Positions 1-13,824 of a stretch of DNA of 64,000 bases are shown here, piece by piece. The stretch is from an uncultured delta proteobacterium. GTDB taxonomy: Bacteria; Myxococcota_A; Polyangia; Palsa-1104. The DNA is taken from NCBI GenBank assembly GCA_963785725.1, contig CAWAWS010000024.1, positions 96,001 through 160,000 on the forward strand. Reading direction: 5' to 3'. The notes under the pieces are model-generated. The model made no database searches and had not been told where the DNA came from. It worked only from the letters and a program-made list of their open reading frames with translations. The first letter of the stretch is position 1, and each line of letters starts with the position of its first letter. The translations under genes were made by a program, and so were the position numbers.

Positions 1-1
1 C

Positions 2-223
2 GACGTCCGCCGCGAGAACGAGGACGCCGTCAAGCAGACCATCGCCGCCGGTTTCGGCCTGCACTTCTGGAAGATCTTCATCGACGGCGCCTTCGAGTCG
101 TTCCTGCCGTTGGCGGCGCGCGTCGTCTCCACGCCCATTCCGGCCACGGCGCCGGAAAACGAAACCGGGCGTTACTCGGCCACCGTTTACTCGGCCGAGC
201 TCTCCGCGCAAATCCGCTTCTGA
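2..223 (+). CDS. C-terminal fragment of an outer-membrane beta-barrel protein (possibly FadL/OmpP1-like)
   Basis: Open frame from position 2 to TGA 221-223 with amphipathic strands (AGFGLHFWKIFIDGAF) and a terminal Phe (SAELSAQIRF). Not in the ORF track. Confidence 0.55.
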   Translation, partial: DVRRENEDAVKQTIAAGFGLHFWKIFIDGAFESFLPLAARVVSTPIPATAPENETGRYSATVYSAELSAQIRF

Positions 224-327
224 CGCGCTGTCACGACGCAATTTCCCGTCGAGAAACCGGCCTCGTTCAAGGTCGAGGTGTACTCAAAGTAGTATATCGG
301 CGGTAGCGAAAACTCGTTTAGTTGACC

Positions 328-357
328 TTGACTTTGAATTCAAAAAAACGATACGAT
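328..357 (+). promoter_or_regulatory. sigma70-like promoter with a palindrome in the spacer
   Basis: TTGACT (328-333)-N18-TACGAT (352-357) in an AT-rich intergenic stretch. Perfect palindrome TTTGAATTCAAA at 333-344. Confidence 0.5.
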
Positions 358-402
358 GCGGGCGACGCGGCGTAATTTTATGTGCCGCATTCGAGGGCCT
401 GA

Positions 403-1293
403 GTGATGAAACGAAGCTGGGCCGGAACTCTCGTGCGGACTTCACTGCCGCTGCTCTTGGCGGGGACGCTTGGCTGTGACGCGCTCTCCGTCAAGACATT
501 CTCGGGCGCGGTCATGCAGTTCACGCTCGAGAACGCGCCCGCCACCGCGGCCGGCACGCACCTCGAGCTGTGGGCGCGCAACGCGAACAACGACATCATT
601 CGCCTCGCGCCCTATTACGAAGAGAACAAGTACCTGAGCCAGCCGGGCTTCATCATCAAGCCCGCCATCACGCTCGACGACCCCTGCATGACCGACGGCA
701 AGGGTCATCTGCTGACCGACCCGAGCGCCTATCCGACGACGATCAAGCAGGCCGGCGTGACGCAGACGCCGCAGCAGCAGGCGCAGCAGATCATCAATCG
801 CATCGAGCAGCTCAATCCGCCGGGGGCGACGCCGCTCTTGGCCGTGCTGCCGTTCACGAGCGTCGTCGTGTCGTTCGTGCACGATGGGATGCCGACGACC
901 ACGCCGACGCCGGACGAGCGGCAGAAGGGTTGTACCGACGCGGCCACCGCCGACCCCAACTTCTATATCCCGCAGCCGAGCCAGGTCACGGCGCCGATTC
1001 ACGGGTCGATTTACGGCTTCATCGGCTTTCAGACGCTCAATCCGCCGGCCAACTACGACGGCTTCCGCTTCGACGTCCCGGTCAACTTGGAGGGCTTGCA
1101 GGCGCTCTTCATGACGCTCGAGACGGTCGACATCGCCGACGTCAAGGTGCCCGGCTCGCTCTACGTCGTTTCGCAGCTGGTGCCGGGCGGACGCGACATC
1201 TTGCAGTTCGCGCTCACGTCGGTGGCCACGAGCGGCCCGTCGGGCGCCGTGGCCGTGGAAAACACGCTCGATCAAGACCCGGTGGAGTTCTGA
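403..1293 (+). CDS. Lipoprotein, unknown function
   Basis: 296 aa with lipobox LLAGTLG-C and high-GC3 codon usage. Confidence 0.75.
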   Translation: MMKRSWAGTLVRTSLPLLLAGTLGCDALSVKTFSGAVMQFTLENAPATAAGTHLELWARNANNDIIRLAPYYEENKYLSQPGFIIKPAITLDDPCMTDGKGHLLTDPSAYPTTIKQAGVTQTPQQQAQQIINRIEQLNPPGATPLLAVLPFTSVVVSFVHDGMPTTTPTPDERQKGCTDAATADPNFYIPQPSQVTAPIHGSIYGFIGFQTLNPPANYDGFRFDVPVNLEGLQALFMTLETVDIADVKVPGSLYVVSQLVPGGRDILQFALTSVATSGPSGAVAVENTLDQDPVEF

Positions 1294-1322
1294 TGCGCAC
1301 GGACGGATCGCAGGAGGATTCC

Positions 1323-2354
1323 ATGAACCGGTGGTTGTCTCTCGTCGCGGGTGCGGCCGTCGCGGCCGTGATGGTCAGCGGGTGTAACAACCCGACGTGC
1401 GGGCCGGGCACGAAGCAAGTGCAGGTCAGCGGCGGCGCGCTCAAGTGCGAGCCGGTCGACTTCCAGGCGTCGGGCATCGTCTGCGACGCCGACGCCGGCG
1501 CCTCGATCGTCGGCGACAAGTGCGTCTCCACCCTCACCTGCGGCCAGGGCACGACGCTCGTCAACGGCGTCTGCATCGGCACGGGCGGCGGCACCTTGTC
1601 GGCTCCACCGTGCGCCAAGCCGGCCACCGGCAAGATCTGCGTCAACGGCTTGGTGCGCGACTTCTTGACCGGCGCCACCTTCACGGGCGCCATCCACGTG
1701 GCGCTTTACGACCCGCTCGCCTTCATCATGGGCAGCGCCCCGATTGCCCAGACCGACGTGGCCGCGGGCGCGGGTGGCTACATCTTTCAAGACGTGACGC
1801 CGCCCGGCCTCGGCCTCATCGCCGTCGTCGCCGGTGACAGCGACATCGCGAGCGGGAACAAGGGCGCTACCTTCGTCAGCGCCGCCTCGGGCGCGCAAGG
1901 CATCGCCATGGGCGGCATCTATCTCGTCGACATCTACGCGCTACAACGCTCGACGGTCAACGGCTGGGGCACGTCCGCGCCCGGCGGCACCGACTGGTAC
2001 ACGAGCGGCGGCTACATCTCGAAGTTCTACAGCGACCCGAAGCCCGACCCGACGATGCTCAGCGCCACCGAGACCAACCCGGTCGCCGGTGTGGCCGTCT
2101 CATTGCCGTCGGGAAGCAACAATCCCGTGGACACGTCGACGGTCTACTTCAGCACCGACTTGAGCACGGTCGACCCGTCGCTGAAGGTGACGAGCGCCAT
2201 CGGCGCCGGCATCTCGCCGCCGCCCACCGGCAACATCGCGACGTTCAGCGGCTCGGGCGGCGTCGACGGCAGCGGCAATGCGATCACGTGGGAAACGCAG
2301 CAGGGCGGATCGGCCGCTCACATCATCTTCATCTCTCGCTTTCACCCGAACTAA
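1323..2354 (+). CDS. Lipoprotein with a Cys-rich N-terminal region
   Basis: GGAGGA RBS, then MNRWLSLVAGAAVAAVMVSG-C. Repeated CGPGT/CGQGT motifs. True start lies inside ORF 570..2354. Confidence 0.75.
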   Translation: MNRWLSLVAGAAVAAVMVSGCNNPTCGPGTKQVQVSGGALKCEPVDFQASGIVCDADAGASIVGDKCVSTLTCGQGTTLVNGVCIGTGGGTLSAPPCAKPATGKICVNGLVRDFLTGATFTGAIHVALYDPLAFIMGSAPIAQTDVAAGAGGYIFQDVTPPGLGLIAVVAGDSDIASGNKGATFVSAASGAQGIAMGGIYLVDIYALQRSTVNGWGTSAPGGTDWYTSGGYISKFYSDPKPDPTMLSATETNPVAGVAVSLPSGSNNPVDTSTVYFSTDLSTVDPSLKVTSAIGAGISPPPTGNIATFSGSGGVDGSGNAITWETQQGGSAAHIIFISRFHPN

Positions 2355-2398
2355 GGCGGCTAGGCCGATGGCAACCATGAATGGGGGCTCATTCGACC

Positions 2399-4259
<1,861 letters not shown>

Positions 4260-4262
4260 CGG

Positions 4263-6596
4263 ATGAACCGGATGATCAAGTCTACGTTCATCACTTCACT
4301 GGCCGGCGCCGCCGCCTTCGTCGTTCTTGGGGCGTCGACGGTCGCCCACGCGCAAGACGTCGCGCTGCCCGACTCGGCGCCGCCGCCGGCCGCGGCCGCC
4401 AACGGCAAAGCCGGCGAAGAGGGCGAGCCCGAGATCGCGCTCGACGTCGATCGCGAGATCGACTTGGCCAACGTCGTCACCTCGGCGGCCAAAGGCGTCA
4501 CGACGGTTCAAGAGGCGCCGGCGATCATCACGATCATCACGGCCGACGAGATCAAGGCGCGCGGCCATCGCACGATCATGGACGCCTTGTCGACGGTCCC
4601 CGGCTGGCTCGAAGTCCACGGCCTCGGCAATCAGGTCGATCTGCCGATGGTCCGCGGCGTCAGCCAGGCCGCGCTCTTCATGCGTGATGGCATGTCGCTC
4701 TTCGATCCGTGGGGCAACATTCCGTGGGCGAACCGCACGCAGCCGGTCGAGAACATCAAACGTATCGAAGTCGTGACCGGCCCCGGCGGCGTGCTCTGGG
4801 GCGCCAACTCGTTCCTCGGCATCGTCAACATGATCTCGAAGGACGCCGAGGACGTGAACGGCGTCGAGCTCTCGGCCGGCTACGGCGACGGCAGCGGCAA
4901 CAAGCAGGACTTCAAGACCTACGGCCTCTTCGGCAAGACGTTCCTGAGCGGCAAGCTGAAGATCTTCCAGCACATCTCGTACGAGAGCGACATCGGCGAA
5001 GTCTACACGGTGCCGCAGTTCATCGTCGCCGCGCCGGCGCCGCAGCCGGGCGGTCTCGCCTACTTCGGCAACACGCGCACCATCGATCCGCCGCGCAGCT
5101 GGATGGTCATCGTCGACGGCAAGTACACGTTCGGACCGCTCAGCCTCTACTACATGGTGCCGTTCGGCGATCAGCACTCGAACCTGACGTTCGCCAACTC
5201 GATCCAGCCCGGTAACCAGAACCTGTGGAACGTCTACGACCGCTACGGAATGCTCGAGTACAAAGATCGCTTCCTCAAGGATCGGCTCGGCATCACGGTC
5301 AAAGGCTACGGCACCGAGTTCGTGCGCGACTTCGGCATACAGCTCTATCCGCCGTCGAAGTTCTTCCCCAACTTGACCAACCCGGCCGGACAGCCGACCG
5401 GGCTCGGCGGCCTCAACATCTCGATCGATCAGACCATCTTCCGCGCCGGCACCACCGCCGACATCGACGTGGTCTTGCCGCTCAACCTCCGCATCCTCGT
5501 CGGCGGCGAGTTCTTCTACGAAGGCATCCGCGGCTCGACCGAGAAGTTCAACGCGCCCATCGACTCGACGCAGACGCCGGTCGTCTGCCCGGTCGGCGGC
5601 TCGGGCGGCACGCAGCCGCTCTCGACCTGCCCGCGCGAGTTCGCCGCCGACACCGGCCGTTTCGTCGGCGCCGGTTACGTCGACGCGCAGTGGCGTCCGT
5701 TCCAGAAGCTGACGCTCGACGGCGGCGTTCGTATCCAAAAGGGCTTCGGCGATCTCCCCTACAACCTCGTGCCGCTCGGCTCGGCCGCCATCGTCTACAA
5801 CTTCTTGCCCGACTACCACTTGAAGCTCAACTACTCGACCGGCTTCCGCGCACCGGTCTTCCAGAACACGTCGATCCCCGCCGGCGGCATCGACTACGGC
5901 TCGAACCCGCACCTGCAGACCGAGTCGTCGCAGGCGTTCCAAGGCGAGCTCAACGCGCGAGTGCTGCGCAACGTCCACAAGGTCCGCGAGCTCGAGCTGC
6001 GCGCCGACTACTCGTACACCGTCTTGTCGAACCTCATTCAGATCGAAAAGGGCGCCTATGCCAACTTCGGCAAGCGCGCCATCCACTCGGCCGAGGGTTA
6101 CGCCAAGCTCTACCTGAACGGCGACCACTACCTGCAGGCGTCGTACACGTACCTGTACGCCATCACCACCGACGCCGGCGTCATTCGCTCGACGCCCAAC
6201 AACTGGTTCGTCATCGGTGGCTCCTTCAACATCATCAAGAGCCTGTTCGACGTCAACGCCACCTTGGCCATCTACGGCGCCTACGAAGATCCCAACCGCT
6301 ACCCGAGCGCGCCGGCCGGCAGCGTCGGCGGCACGAACACCGGCGTCGTCAGCACGACGGCCGCGCCGCTGTCGTCGCTGACGTTCGATCGTCTGACGCC
6401 GGTCGCCGACCTGCAGCTCGGCTTCCGCTTGCGCTTCATGGCCGATCGGCTGCAGTTCAGCGGTCAGTTCTACAACGTCCTCAACCAGCGCTATTGGTAC
6501 CCGGACACGTTCAACGACCTGACGCCGACGGTCGAAATGACGCCCAATCCGGCTCCCGGCTTCAACTTCTTCGCCCGCGCCAACTACCGCTTCTAA
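4263..6596 (+). CDS. TonB-dependent receptor
   Basis: Signal peptide, plug motifs (EAPAIITIITADEI; IKRIEVVTGPGGVLWGANSFLGIVNMI) and C-terminal ARANYRF. Confidence 0.9.
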   Translation: MNRMIKSTFITSLAGAAAFVVLGASTVAHAQDVALPDSAPPPAAAANGKAGEEGEPEIALDVDREIDLANVVTSAAKGVTTVQEAPAIITIITADEIKARGHRTIMDALSTVPGWLEVHGLGNQVDLPMVRGVSQAALFMRDGMSLFDPWGNIPWANRTQPVENIKRIEVVTGPGGVLWGANSFLGIVNMISKDAEDVNGVELSAGYGDGSGNKQDFKTYGLFGKTFLSGKLKIFQHISYESDIGEVYTVPQFIVAAPAPQPGGLAYFGNTRTIDPPRSWMVIVDGKYTFGPLSLYYMVPFGDQHSNLTFANSIQPGNQNLWNVYDRYGMLEYKDRFLKDRLGITVKGYGTEFVRDFGIQLYPPSKFFPNLTNPAGQPTGLGGLNISIDQTIFRAGTTADIDVVLPLNLRILVGGEFFYEGIRGSTEKFNAPIDSTQTPVVCPVGGSGGTQPLSTCPREFAADTGRFVGAGYVDAQWRPFQKLTLDGGVRIQKGFGDLPYNLVPLGSAAIVYNFLPDYHLKLNYSTGFRAPVFQNTSIPAGGIDYGSNPHLQTESSQAFQGELNARVLRNVHKVRELELRADYSYTVLSNLIQIEKGAYANFGKRAIHSAEGYAKLYLNGDHYLQASYTYLYAITTDAGVIRSTPNNWFVIGGSFNIIKSLFDVNATLAIYGAYEDPNRYPSAPAGSVGGTNTGVVSTTAAPLSSLTFDRLTPVADLQLGFRLRFMADRLQFSGQFYNVLNQRYWYPDTFNDLTPTVEMTPNPAPGFNFFARANYRF

Positions 6597-6633
6597 CCCG
6601 CTTCCGCGGCGCCAGTCGTAGTAAGACTTCCGC

Positions 6634-7428
6634 ATGCAAGACTATCGCGCGCTGGCCGCCTTCGCCCCGCGGCTGCGCGGCATCTTCTGCGACGTCGACG
6701 ACACGCTCACCCATGACGGCGCGCTCGTGCCCGCTGCCTTCGACGCCATCGCGCGCGCCACGGCGGCCGGGCTGCGCGTCGTCGCCGTCACCGGCCGCCC
6801 CGCCGGTTGGGCCGAGGTCTTCGCCTGCACCTGGCCCATCGCCGGCGCCATCGCCGAGAACGGCGGCTTCGCCGTGCGTCGCAGCGGCCGCTCGGTCGAG
6901 CGCACGACGTGGGAAAGCGCCGACCTGTGTGCCGGCCATCACGCGCAGCTGCAGACGATCGCCGCCGCGCTCCTCCGCGACGTGCCCGGTGCGCGCGTCG
7001 CCGACAATCAATGGCTGCGCCGCTGCGACCTGGCCATGGACATCGGCGAGACTCAGCAGCTGCCACCGGCCGTCGTCGACGACATCTGCCGCCGCATTCG
7101 TGCCGCCGGCGCCCGCTGCATCACGTCATCGGTGCACGCGCACGCCTACTTCGGCGACTACGACAAGGCGCGCATGTGCGAGCGGGTCGCCCACGACTGG
7201 TGGCACGAAGACTTGGCGGCGACGCGCGGCGACTACCTCTTCGTCGGCGACTCGCCCAACGACCAGCCCTGCTTCGCCTACTTCCCGCTCGCCGCCGGCG
7301 TCGCCAACGTGCGCCGCTACCTCGATCGCTTGGCGCCGCCGCCGAGCTACGTCGCCGACCACGAAGGCGGCCACGGCTTCGCCGAGATCGTCTCCGTCAT
7401 CCTCGATCAGCGCGACCGCGCTACTTGA
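6634..7428 (+). CDS. HAD-superfamily hydrolase, subfamily IIB
   Basis: Motifs DVDDTLT, VTGR, AENG and GDSPND. Confidence 0.9.
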   Translation: MQDYRALAAFAPRLRGIFCDVDDTLTHDGALVPAAFDAIARATAAGLRVVAVTGRPAGWAEVFACTWPIAGAIAENGGFAVRRSGRSVERTTWESADLCAGHHAQLQTIAAALLRDVPGARVADNQWLRRCDLAMDIGETQQLPPAVVDDICRRIRAAGARCITSSVHAHAYFGDYDKARMCERVAHDWWHEDLAATRGDYLFVGDSPNDQPCFAYFPLAAGVANVRRYLDRLAPPPSYVADHEGGHGFAEIVSVILDQRDRAT

Positions 7429-7837
7429 CGGGCTTCGGCGACTTGGCGGCGTTGGCCGCGGCGAGCGCGGCCGTGCGCTTCTGAATCGCCAGCGCGATCG
7501 CTTCCTTCAGCGACGCCGAGTCGATCGGCTTCGAGACCCAGGCGTCGACCAGCTTCCACTGCTCCACCTTCTCGTCGACGAGCGAGTCGGCATAGCCGGT
7601 CAAGAGCACGCGCACCGCTTGCGGCTGCTGCGCAAAGGCCAGCTCCAGCAGCTCCAGGCCCGAGCGCCGCGGCATGCGCCGGTCGGTGACGATGACGTCG
7701 AGCGGCCCGCGCGCGAACAGCGTCAGCGCCTCTTCCACCGACTGCGCGCGCAGCACCTCGTACTCACGCCGAAAGACGCGATCGAGGAAGTCGAGCATGT
7801 CGGGCTCGTCATCGACGATGAGGAGGCGTCTGCCCAT
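7421..7837 (-). CDS. Single-domain response regulator
   Basis: LLIVDDEP, IVTDRRMPRRSGLEL, LLTG and KP receiver motifs. Start reassigned to ATG 7837. Confidence 0.85.
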   Translation of the reverse strand: MGRRLLIVDDEPDMLDFLDRVFRREYEVLRAQSVEEALTLFARGPLDVIVTDRRMPRRSGLELLELAFAQQPQAVRVLLTGYADSLVDEKVEQWKLVDAWVSKPIDSASLKEAIALAIQKRTAALAAANAAKSPKPVK

Positions 7838-7893
7838 TACGGAAACGTACCGTAAGCCGCACTTCTTACATGTGCAAGTACAGACCGCGTTCA

Positions 7894-7921
7894 TTGACTT
7901 CCTCTGACAATCCGCTACGAT
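7894..7921 (+). promoter_or_regulatory. sigma70-like promoter candidate
   Basis: TTGACT-N16-TACGAT in the divergent intergenic region, followed by AGGAG near 7945. Confidence 0.4.
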
Positions 7922-7957
7922 GGATTGCCCCGCGAATCTGGGGTAGGAGCCACGACT

Positions 7958-8943
<986 letters not shown>

Positions 8944-8945
8944 GC

Positions 8946-11430
8946 ATGCCGCAGCACGACGGCGGACGGACGCTGGGCAGCTACCAGCTCCTGTCGCAGC
9001 TCGCCGTCGGCGGCATGGCCGAGATCTACGTCGCCAAGACCGCGCGGCGTCGGCGGCTTCGAGAAGCTGCTCGCGCTCAAGGTGATCCATCCCGAACTTC
9101 TCGGCCGACCCCGAGTTCATCCAGATGCTCGTCGACGAGGCGAAGCTCGCGGTGCAGCTGCAGCACGCCAACATCGTGCAGACCTTCGACCTCGGCCGCG
9201 TCGACGAGCAGTACTACATCGCGATGGAGCTGATCGACGGCGTCGATCTCTACAAGCTCCTGCGCCGCGCCTCCGAGCGCGACATCGACTTCCCGTTCGA
9301 GGTGGCCGCGTTCATCGCGCCGAGGTCTGCGCCGGCCTCGATTACGCGCACAGCAAGCGCGACGCGCGCGGCCGGCCGCTGCAGATCGTGCATCGCGACA
9401 TCTCGCCGCAGAACATGCTCGTCAGCTTCGACGGCGGCGTGAAGATCGTCGACTTCGGCATCGCCAAGGCCGCGCATGCGCTCGCAGCAGACGGCGGCCG
9501 GCGTCATCAAGGGCAAGTACTATTACATGTCGCCCGAGCAGGCGTGGGGCGATCCGATCGACGCGCGCACCGACATCTTCTCGGCCGGCATCTTGCTCTA
9601 CGAAATGATCGTCGGTCAGATGCTCTATCTCGAAGAGGAGATCGACAAGCTGCTGGAAGTGGTACGCCGCGCGGCGATCGCGCCGCCGTCGACGAAGCGC
9701 ATGGGCGTGCCGCGCGAGCTCGAGGCCATCGTCATGCGCGCGCTGCGCAAGCGGGCCGACGATCGCTGGCCGTCCGCGACCGAGCTGGCGCAAGTGCTGG
9801 GCGAGTTCGTGCATGGCTTCGCGCCCGACTTCAGCCGCGCGCGCCTGGCGACGTTCGTGCGCGAGGTCATGGGCGACGAGGAGACGGCGCAGCACCGCGA
9901 TCCGCGCACGGCGACGGCGCCGGCCGCGCGCGCCGGCGACGCACAGAAGGTCCGCGACGAGAATTCGCTCCTCTTCAAGCTGCACGATCCTCAAGCCCGA
10001 AGCCGAGAAGGCGCCGCCGCCGCGCCGCGCCGACGTGGCCACGAACGTGCGGCCGCGCCCGGACTTCGGCGAGAACGAAGCGACCATCGTCGACGCCGGC
10101 CATGGCGTGACCGGCGATATCGGCGACAACGACGCGACGCGACCGGTCGGCCCGGCCATCAAGCGCGGCACGGCCGAGATGCCGTCGGGCAAGTTCGATC
10201 TCGGTCCCGACGATCCGGCGCACGACCAAGACGCGCGCGAGTCGCGGACGGCGCCGCTGCGCAAGGCGATGCCCGACGAGGAAGACATCGTCACCAGCGC
10301 GCGCCGCCTGCCCAAGCCGTCGCTGGCGCTGCCGGTGCTGCAGCCGGCCGTCGACGTCGATGTCGAAGTGGACGACGACCATCCGCCCTCGCAGCCGCTG
10401 CCGGGCGTGCGGCCGGCCCGCGGACAAGAGGCGCCCAAGCGGCGGCCGCCGCAGCCCTTCGGCCGCTTCGGCGACGACGAGGCGACCAGCGATCTGGGGC
10501 CGAAGTCGCGCACTTCAGCCGCGTCGGCGACGGGCGCGCGGCCGCCTTCGGGCACGCGGCCGGTCTCCAGCAGCAGCTTCGACGAGCCCGACGCGCCGAC
10601 GGTGTCCGCGCGCTCGCGGCCGGTGCAGCCGCTGCCGCAGTCCTCGTCCGATGCCGCGACGCTGACGCTGCCGCCGTCGCAGCATCCGCTCGGCAACCAG
10701 TCGAACGCGTCGTCGGGCTCGCGCGCGGCGTTAAAGGCCAGCTTCGACGAGCCGACCCACATTCCGCCGGCGATCCCGCCGCCGATCGACTCCGGTCGCT
10801 GGGAGCCGCGGCTGTCCGACTCGCAGCATCCGCCGATGGCGCAGCCCTATTCGCCGCTGCAACAGACGGGCGAGCAGCCGAACCTGCGCCACGAAGGGCG
10901 CGGCATGCGCATCCTGCTCATCGTCATCGCCGTGGCGCTGGCGCTGGCGCTGGCCGCGCTCGCCGCCGTCATGCTCGGCGCCGTCGACGCGCGCGCCACC
11001 TTGAGCATCGTGTCGCTGCCCGCCGGCGCCGAAGTGCGCGTCGACGGCAACGCCGCGTCCAGCCTGACGCCGCTGCAGCTCGTCGACATCGATCCGCGGC
11101 AGACGCATCACGTGCGCGTCTCGAAGGCGGGCTGGGACGCCTGGGAATCGGACGTGAAGTTCGCGCCGCACGAGCGCGAAGTGCGCGTACAGGCGGTGCT
11201 GGTGCCGGCCGTGGGCACGCTGTCCATCAGCGTCCACGCCGCCGGGCGCCGAGGCCATCGTCAACGGCCGCGTCGGCGGCACGACGCCGACGACCGTCGC
11301 CGACCTGCCGCCCAACGACGACGTCGTCATCGAGCTGCGCCTACGCGGCTACAAAGTCGCCCACGCGACACTGTCTTGGGCCGGTAAACGAACGCTCAAC
11401 GTGTCGATCCCGCTTGAAAAGGCCAAGTAG
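8946..11430 (+). CDS. Membrane Ser/Thr protein kinase with a Pro-rich linker, TM helix and two PEGA domains; about 6 indels
   Basis: [75 protein letters not shown] at 11428-11430. Confidence 0.85.
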
Positions 11431-11451
11431 CGCGGAGTACGCTGACGGGCC

Positions 11452-11916
11452 ATGGCACTTGTCGCGCAGAGTGAAAGACCGCAGGGCGAGATCACCACGC
11501 TGCTCGGCCGCGGATCGGAGTTCGAAGGCAAGCTCACCTTCGAAGGCACCGTCCGTATCGACGGTAAATTATCGGGCGAAATCTTCTCCGAAGACGTCCT
11601 CGTCATCGGCGAAGGCGCCCAAGTCAACGCCGAGATCGACGTCGGTGTCATCATCGTCGAAGGCAACGTGACCGGGAACATCAAGGCCAAGCGCGCCGTC
11701 GAATTGCACGCGCCGGCGCGGGTCAAAGGCAACATCGAGACGCCGTCGCTGTACATCGACAAAGGCGTCGTCTTCGAGGGCTTCAGCAAGATGGAGAACA
11801 TCGGCGCGGCCACGCCGCCGCGCACGCTGCAGGGCCTGGCCGCGGCGGCGCAGTCGTCGAGCGCGTCGACGCCGGCCGTCACGCCGACGTCATCGTCCAC
11901 GCCGCCCAAGAAGTAA
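11452..11916 (+). CDS. Bactofilin (polymer-forming cytoskeletal protein)
   Basis: TLLGRGSEFEGKLTFEGTVRIDG...V(T)GNI beta-helix repeats. Confidence 0.92.
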   Translation: MALVAQSERPQGEITTLLGRGSEFEGKLTFEGTVRIDGKLSGEIFSEDVLVIGEGAQVNAEIDVGVIIVEGNVTGNIKAKRAVELHAPARVKGNIETPSLYIDKGVVFEGFSKMENIGAATPPRTLQGLAAAAQSSSASTPAVTPTSSSTPPKK

Positions 11917-11979
11917 CCCGCACCTACATACTGTGTCTCACTGGCGGCTCATACCCGCCCACGTTACGTATCCTCCGTG

Positions 11980-12010
11980 TTGACACTGTGCAGCGAGGGT
12001 GTTAAGAGCG
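11980..12010 (+). promoter_or_regulatory. Promoter candidate for atpF'FHAGDC
   Basis: TTGACA-N17-TAAGAG with an extended TG; the same layout precedes atpZ (52738). Confidence 0.5.
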
Positions 12011-12044
12011 TCGCGCCTTTGCCCGCTGCTTCCTTGGAGAATAG

Positions 12045-12521
12045 ATGCTTCTTGCCACCTTGCTGACGCGCGCGCCAGAAGAGGCTCCGCCGCTCATCGA
12101 CGTCGATGGGACGCTGCTCGTTCAGTTCGCGCTCTTCTTGATTCTGCTGGTGATTCTGTCGCGTGTGCTCTTCCGGCCCTATTGGAAGCTGCGCGACGCC
12201 CGCCACGCCGGCATCGAAGGCGCGCGCGAAGACGCGCACAAGATGGAAGAGCGCGCCCGTCACATCGTCGCCGATTATGACGCCAAGCTGACGGCGGCGC
12301 GCCTGCGCGGCGGCGAAGAGCGGCAGCGGCTGCGCTCCGAAGGCGCCGTCTACGAGCGCCAGGTCGTCGGCGCCGCGCGCGACGAGGCGCAGAAGACGCT
12401 CACCAGCGCCCGCGGCCGCATCGACAGCGACGCCAAGACGGCGCGCACGCAGCTCGAGCAGCAGTCGGTCTCGCTGGCGCGCGAAATCGTGAAGAAGATC
12501 CTCGGTCGGGAGGTCGCCTGA
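12045..12521 (+). CDS. atpF2: ATP synthase F0 subunit b'
   Basis: IDVDGTLLVQFALF TM followed by a charged coiled coil; first gene of the F1 operon. Confidence 0.88.
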   Translation: MLLATLLTRAPEEAPPLIDVDGTLLVQFALFLILLVILSRVLFRPYWKLRDARHAGIEGAREDAHKMEERARHIVADYDAKLTAARLRGGEERQRLRSEGAVYERQVVGAARDEAQKTLTSARGRIDSDAKTARTQLEQQSVSLAREIVKKILGREVA

Positions 12522-13274
12522 TGCTGCGTCGCACGCTGTTGGCGATCGGCTTCTTGGGCGCGCTGGCCGGCGTCGCGGGTAGCAGCGTCGCCGTCGCGCA
12601 AGAAGGCGCGCCCGCGCCCCATCGCCGCCAGACCAACGAGCGCTCGCCCGAAGGCGGCGCCGGCATGCCCGGTGTCGACGTCGACGAGTCGGAGTCTTCG
12701 GGCCACATCACCAACTGGTGGAGCTTCGATTACGGCGCCGGCGCCAAGGACCCGACGCACAAGGGCTGGCCGCCTCCGTTCGGCATCGCGCTCCTCAACT
12801 TCGCCATCTTCCTCGGCGTCATGAGCAAGCTCGCCTGGAAGCCGCTGCAAAAGATGATCGCCGAGCGCAGCCACGGCATCGCCCGCTCGCTCGATTCGGC
12901 CACCGAGCTGCACAAGAAGGCCGAAGAGCAGCTCAAGACCTTCGAGGCGAAAGTGGCCGGCATCAACGGCGAGGTCGACGCCTTGTTGGCCAGCATTCGC
13001 AAGGAAGCCGAGCAGGAGAAGGCGCGCATCATCGCCGCCGCCGAAGCCGACGCCAAGCGCCTGAAGGAAGACGCCGAGCGCCAGATCGCCGCCGAAATCG
13101 AGAGCGCGCGTCGTGAACTGCGCCGCGGCGTCATCGAAGCCGCCGTCGCTGCCGCCGATGCCGCCGTCAAGAAGAACATCGCCGCCGACGATCAGCGCAA
13201 GATGGCCGAGCGCTACGTCGGGGACGTCGAAGCGCAGGCATGCAACGAAGACCTCGACCGGGAGCCCGTCCTAA
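12521..13274 (+). CDS. atpF: ATP synthase F0 subunit b with a signal-peptide-like leader; +1 indel near 13241 causes apparent read-through
   Basis: LLNFAIFLGVM TM then coiled coil. Removing one base gives ...AQAATKTSTGSPS-TAA (13272-13274), overlapping the atpH ATG. Confidence 0.85.
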
Positions 13275-13804
13275 TGCTCGCTCGCCGCTACGCCAAGGCG
13301 CTGCTCGAGATCGGCATCGCCCAGCAGAGCTTCGACGCCTTCGGCAAGGAGATCGAGCGCGCCGCCGAGACGTTCAAGCGCTCGCCGGAGCTGCGCACGA
13401 CGCTGGAGAACCCGATCTTCGCCGTCGAGAAGCGCCGCATGGTGCTCGACGACGTGTCGCGCCGCATCGCGCTCTCCAAGATCGTGCGCAACTTCGTGAT
13501 GCTGCTGCTCGACAAGGGTCGCATCCAGCTGCTGCCGGAGATCGCGCGCGTCTATCGCACGCTCGTCGACGAGCACGCCGGTCGCGTGCGCGCGCTGGTG
13601 ACGTCGGCGCGGCCGCTCGATCCGATGTTGGAGACGCGCCTGAAGACGGCGCTGGAGAAGCAGTCGGGCAAGACCGTAATTCTCGAGAAGCGCGAAGATC
13701 CGAGCATCGTCGGCGGTTTGGTCACGCAGCTCGGCGACACCCTTTACGACGGCAGCGTACGCACGCAGCTTCAGCAGATGCGCGAGCAGCTGCTCAGCGA
13801 ATAA
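13274..13804 (+). CDS. atpH: ATP synthase F1 subunit delta
   Basis: ARRYAKAL and DPSIVGGLVTQLGDTLYDGSVRTQL. GGAG RBS at 13261 and TAATG overlap. Confidence 0.92.
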   Translation: MLARRYAKALLEIGIAQQSFDAFGKEIERAAETFKRSPELRTTLENPIFAVEKRRMVLDDVSRRIALSKIVRNFVMLLLDKGRIQLLPEIARVYRTLVDEHAGRVRALVTSARPLDPMLETRLKTALEKQSGKTVILEKREDPSIVGGLVTQLGDTLYDGSVRTQLQQMREQLLSE

Positions 13805-13824
13805 CCAGGGGACCCAGGTAAAAG

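Noticed and set aside
12521..13804. Apparent AtpF-AtpH (b-delta) fusion, as in mycobacteria
   Set aside because: Removing one base near 13241 (GCAT = GCA/GCT) ends atpF at TAA 13272-13274, overlapping an ATG with its own GGAG RBS. This matches the other junctions in the operon.
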